Assembly (NCBI GenBank): GCA_045643205.1
Contig: JAZUKI010000002.1
Location: 1 to 17,035 of the forward strand
Direction: 5' to 3'
DNA length: 17,035 nt
Source: Clostridia bacterium
GTDB taxonomy: Bacteria; Bacillota; Clostridia; TANB77; CAG-508
Shown here: positions 15,625 through 17,035 of the stretch, piece by piece
Numbering within the stretch: position 1 is the stretch's first letter
How the letters are laid out: every line of letters starts with the position of its first letter
Made by a program: the position numbers and the translations under genes
Notes under the pieces: generated by a model
The model's database searches: none
Seen by the model: only the letters and a program-made list of their open reading frames with translations
What the model was told of the DNA's origin: nothing

Positions 15625-16788
15625 CTAATTATTCATAAATGATGCATTTTGCATTTTATAAACATCTAGTCCTTTACTTGTTGCCACATAAACTGTATTT
15701 GTTCTATTTGATATTAATACATTTTTAACATCGACATTGAATGATGCTTTACATTTTGCAACACCAACTTTTGAATAGATGTTATATTCGCTTCCATTAC
15801 CACATGATACAAAATTTTTGTTTGCAGTAACTTGGCTTACTGTATTATATATAACTTGTTCTTTTTTCTTTTTTAAATTTGTGCTATAGTATTCAACATA
15901 TTTTGCATCGCTTGAAAATTGACTTGTATTTTTATCACAAACTAGAACAATCATGTTATCAAAATTCAAGTTAACAAATTTTATTCTGTCTTCTATTTCT
16001 TTTTCTTCTTTCTTTTCTGAGAATAAATTAATACGTATCAATTTATCATCAGCTATAGCAATTATGTTTTCATCATCAAGATATTTAAGATCTGTTACTA
16101 TGCTACCTTGAAATTCAAATGATGAAAATAAATTGTCTTTTAATTCTTTACCATCAATCTTAAAGAATATAACTTTACTTAGAATATTATTATTTCCAAC
16201 ATCAAGATATGATGTACAGAAAGTTTCATTGTTGTCACTAATAGCAACAGCAAGTGGAACACCACCATTTTCTTCATAACTAATTCTATCTAAAAGTTTT
16301 GTTCCTTCATTGTTGAATATTGTTATAACACTTTTTGAATCTGATTCAGTATTACTTTTTTGAAGTACTGCACTATATCCATTTTTGTTTAAAGCGACAG
16401 ACAATATTGGTAAGTTAACCTTAAGTTCATAAAGTTTTCCGTTTTCATCATAAACGATACCATTATATCCTTGCTTATCATAAACACATACTAAATTTCC
16501 ATTTTGAGATATTAGTGGATATTTTGTATATGCAATTTCTTGCCATAGTACTTTCTTAGAGTAAGAACTTGTTACATTAAAACATGTTACACTTTCTTTT
16601 CCAATTTGTAATAATGAATCATTATTTAAAAGCACATATTCATTTTGATCTATAAGTGATGCATTTTCTTCATTCAAAGAAGATGCAAATGACATTTTCT
16701 TTGTTACAAATCCAAATCTGTCTACGATAAAGATTGCTAATATAATAACTAGTGCTATTGATAGCCCTAGAATAATTTTTCTCTTCAT
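15625..16788 (-). CDS. DUF5711-like membrane-anchored beta-propeller protein
   Basis: Single N-terminal TM, repeated beta units (YDENGK, LNKNGY, FNNEGT, PLAVAISDN); adjacency to a CvpA gene is as I recall for clostridial DUF5711. Confidence 0.7.
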   Translation of the reverse strand: MKRKIILGLSIALVIILAIFIVDRFGFVTKKMSFASSLNEENASLIDQNEYVLLNNDSLLQIGKESVTCFNVTSSYSKKVLWQEIAYTKYPLISQNGNLVCVYDKQGYNGIVYDENGKLYELKVNLPILSVALNKNGYSAVLQKSNTESDSKSVITIFNNEGTKLLDRISYEENGGVPLAVAISDNNETFCTSYLDVGNNNILSKVIFFKIDGKELKDNLFSSFEFQGSIVTDLKYLDDENIIAIADDKLIRINLFSEKKEEKEIEDRIKFVNLNFDNMIVLVCDKNTSQFSSDAKYVEYYSTNLKKKKEQVIYNTVSQVTANKNFVSCGNGSEYNIYSKVGVAKCKASFNVDVKNVLISNRTNTVYVATSKGLDVYKMQNASFMNN

Positions 16789-16814
16789 ATATTATTATCC
16801 CCCAATCTTCGCCT

Positions 16815-16842
16815 ATTTTATCATTTTACGATAAAAAAGCAA
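16815..16842 (-). promoter_or_regulatory. Putative sigma-A promoter of the DUF5711-cvpA-smc-ftsQ unit
   Basis: TTGCTT (16842-16837), 16-bp spacer, TAAAAT (16820-16815) with extended -10 TGA. Confidence 0.55.
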
Positions 16843-17035
16843 TAGAAAAATCTAAACTTTTTATAGAATTTTCCTAGGTTTTATAAGGTTTTTACAAGTT
16901 TTCCATATATTTGCTTTTTATACATTTTGAGCATATATCCTGCTATCAAAACTTTATTTAAACTCCACTAATAAATATTCGTCTATTTTTTTATTTTTAT
17001 GAGGATTTTTACAATACTAATTTATATATTTTTCT

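Noticed and set aside
16917-16944. sigma-H-like GCAGGA -35 on the minus strand
   Set aside because: No GAAT -10 at the expected spacing.

Overview
Very AT-rich Bacillota (Clostridia-like) chromosomal core region, with every real gene on the minus strand. In transcription order: DUF5711-like membrane protein, CvpA family protein, smc, ftsQ/divIB, two DUF881 proteins, sbp (DUF1290), ftsA, ftsZ, a 647-aa 5-TM hypothetical protein, an 889-aa low-complexity protein, then tandem rRNA-type promoters and the 5' end of a 16S rRNA gene running off the window. No mobile element or CRISPR array is visible. Main oddities: (i) the 889-aa protein is built from a histone-H1-like basic repeat block, a very acidic block, a Q/N-rich block and a C-terminal zinc ribbon; (ii) a perfect 20-bp inverted repeat encloses three WalR-type TGTAAT-N5 boxes and supplies the -35 of the ftsA-ftsZ promoter; (iii) smc sits directly in front of the division cluster; (iv) a decayed duplicate of the ftsZ terminator region appears to supply a promoter; (v) a terminator-like hairpin lies between the two rrn promoters. 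Family names come from my motif and context recognition, not from database searches.
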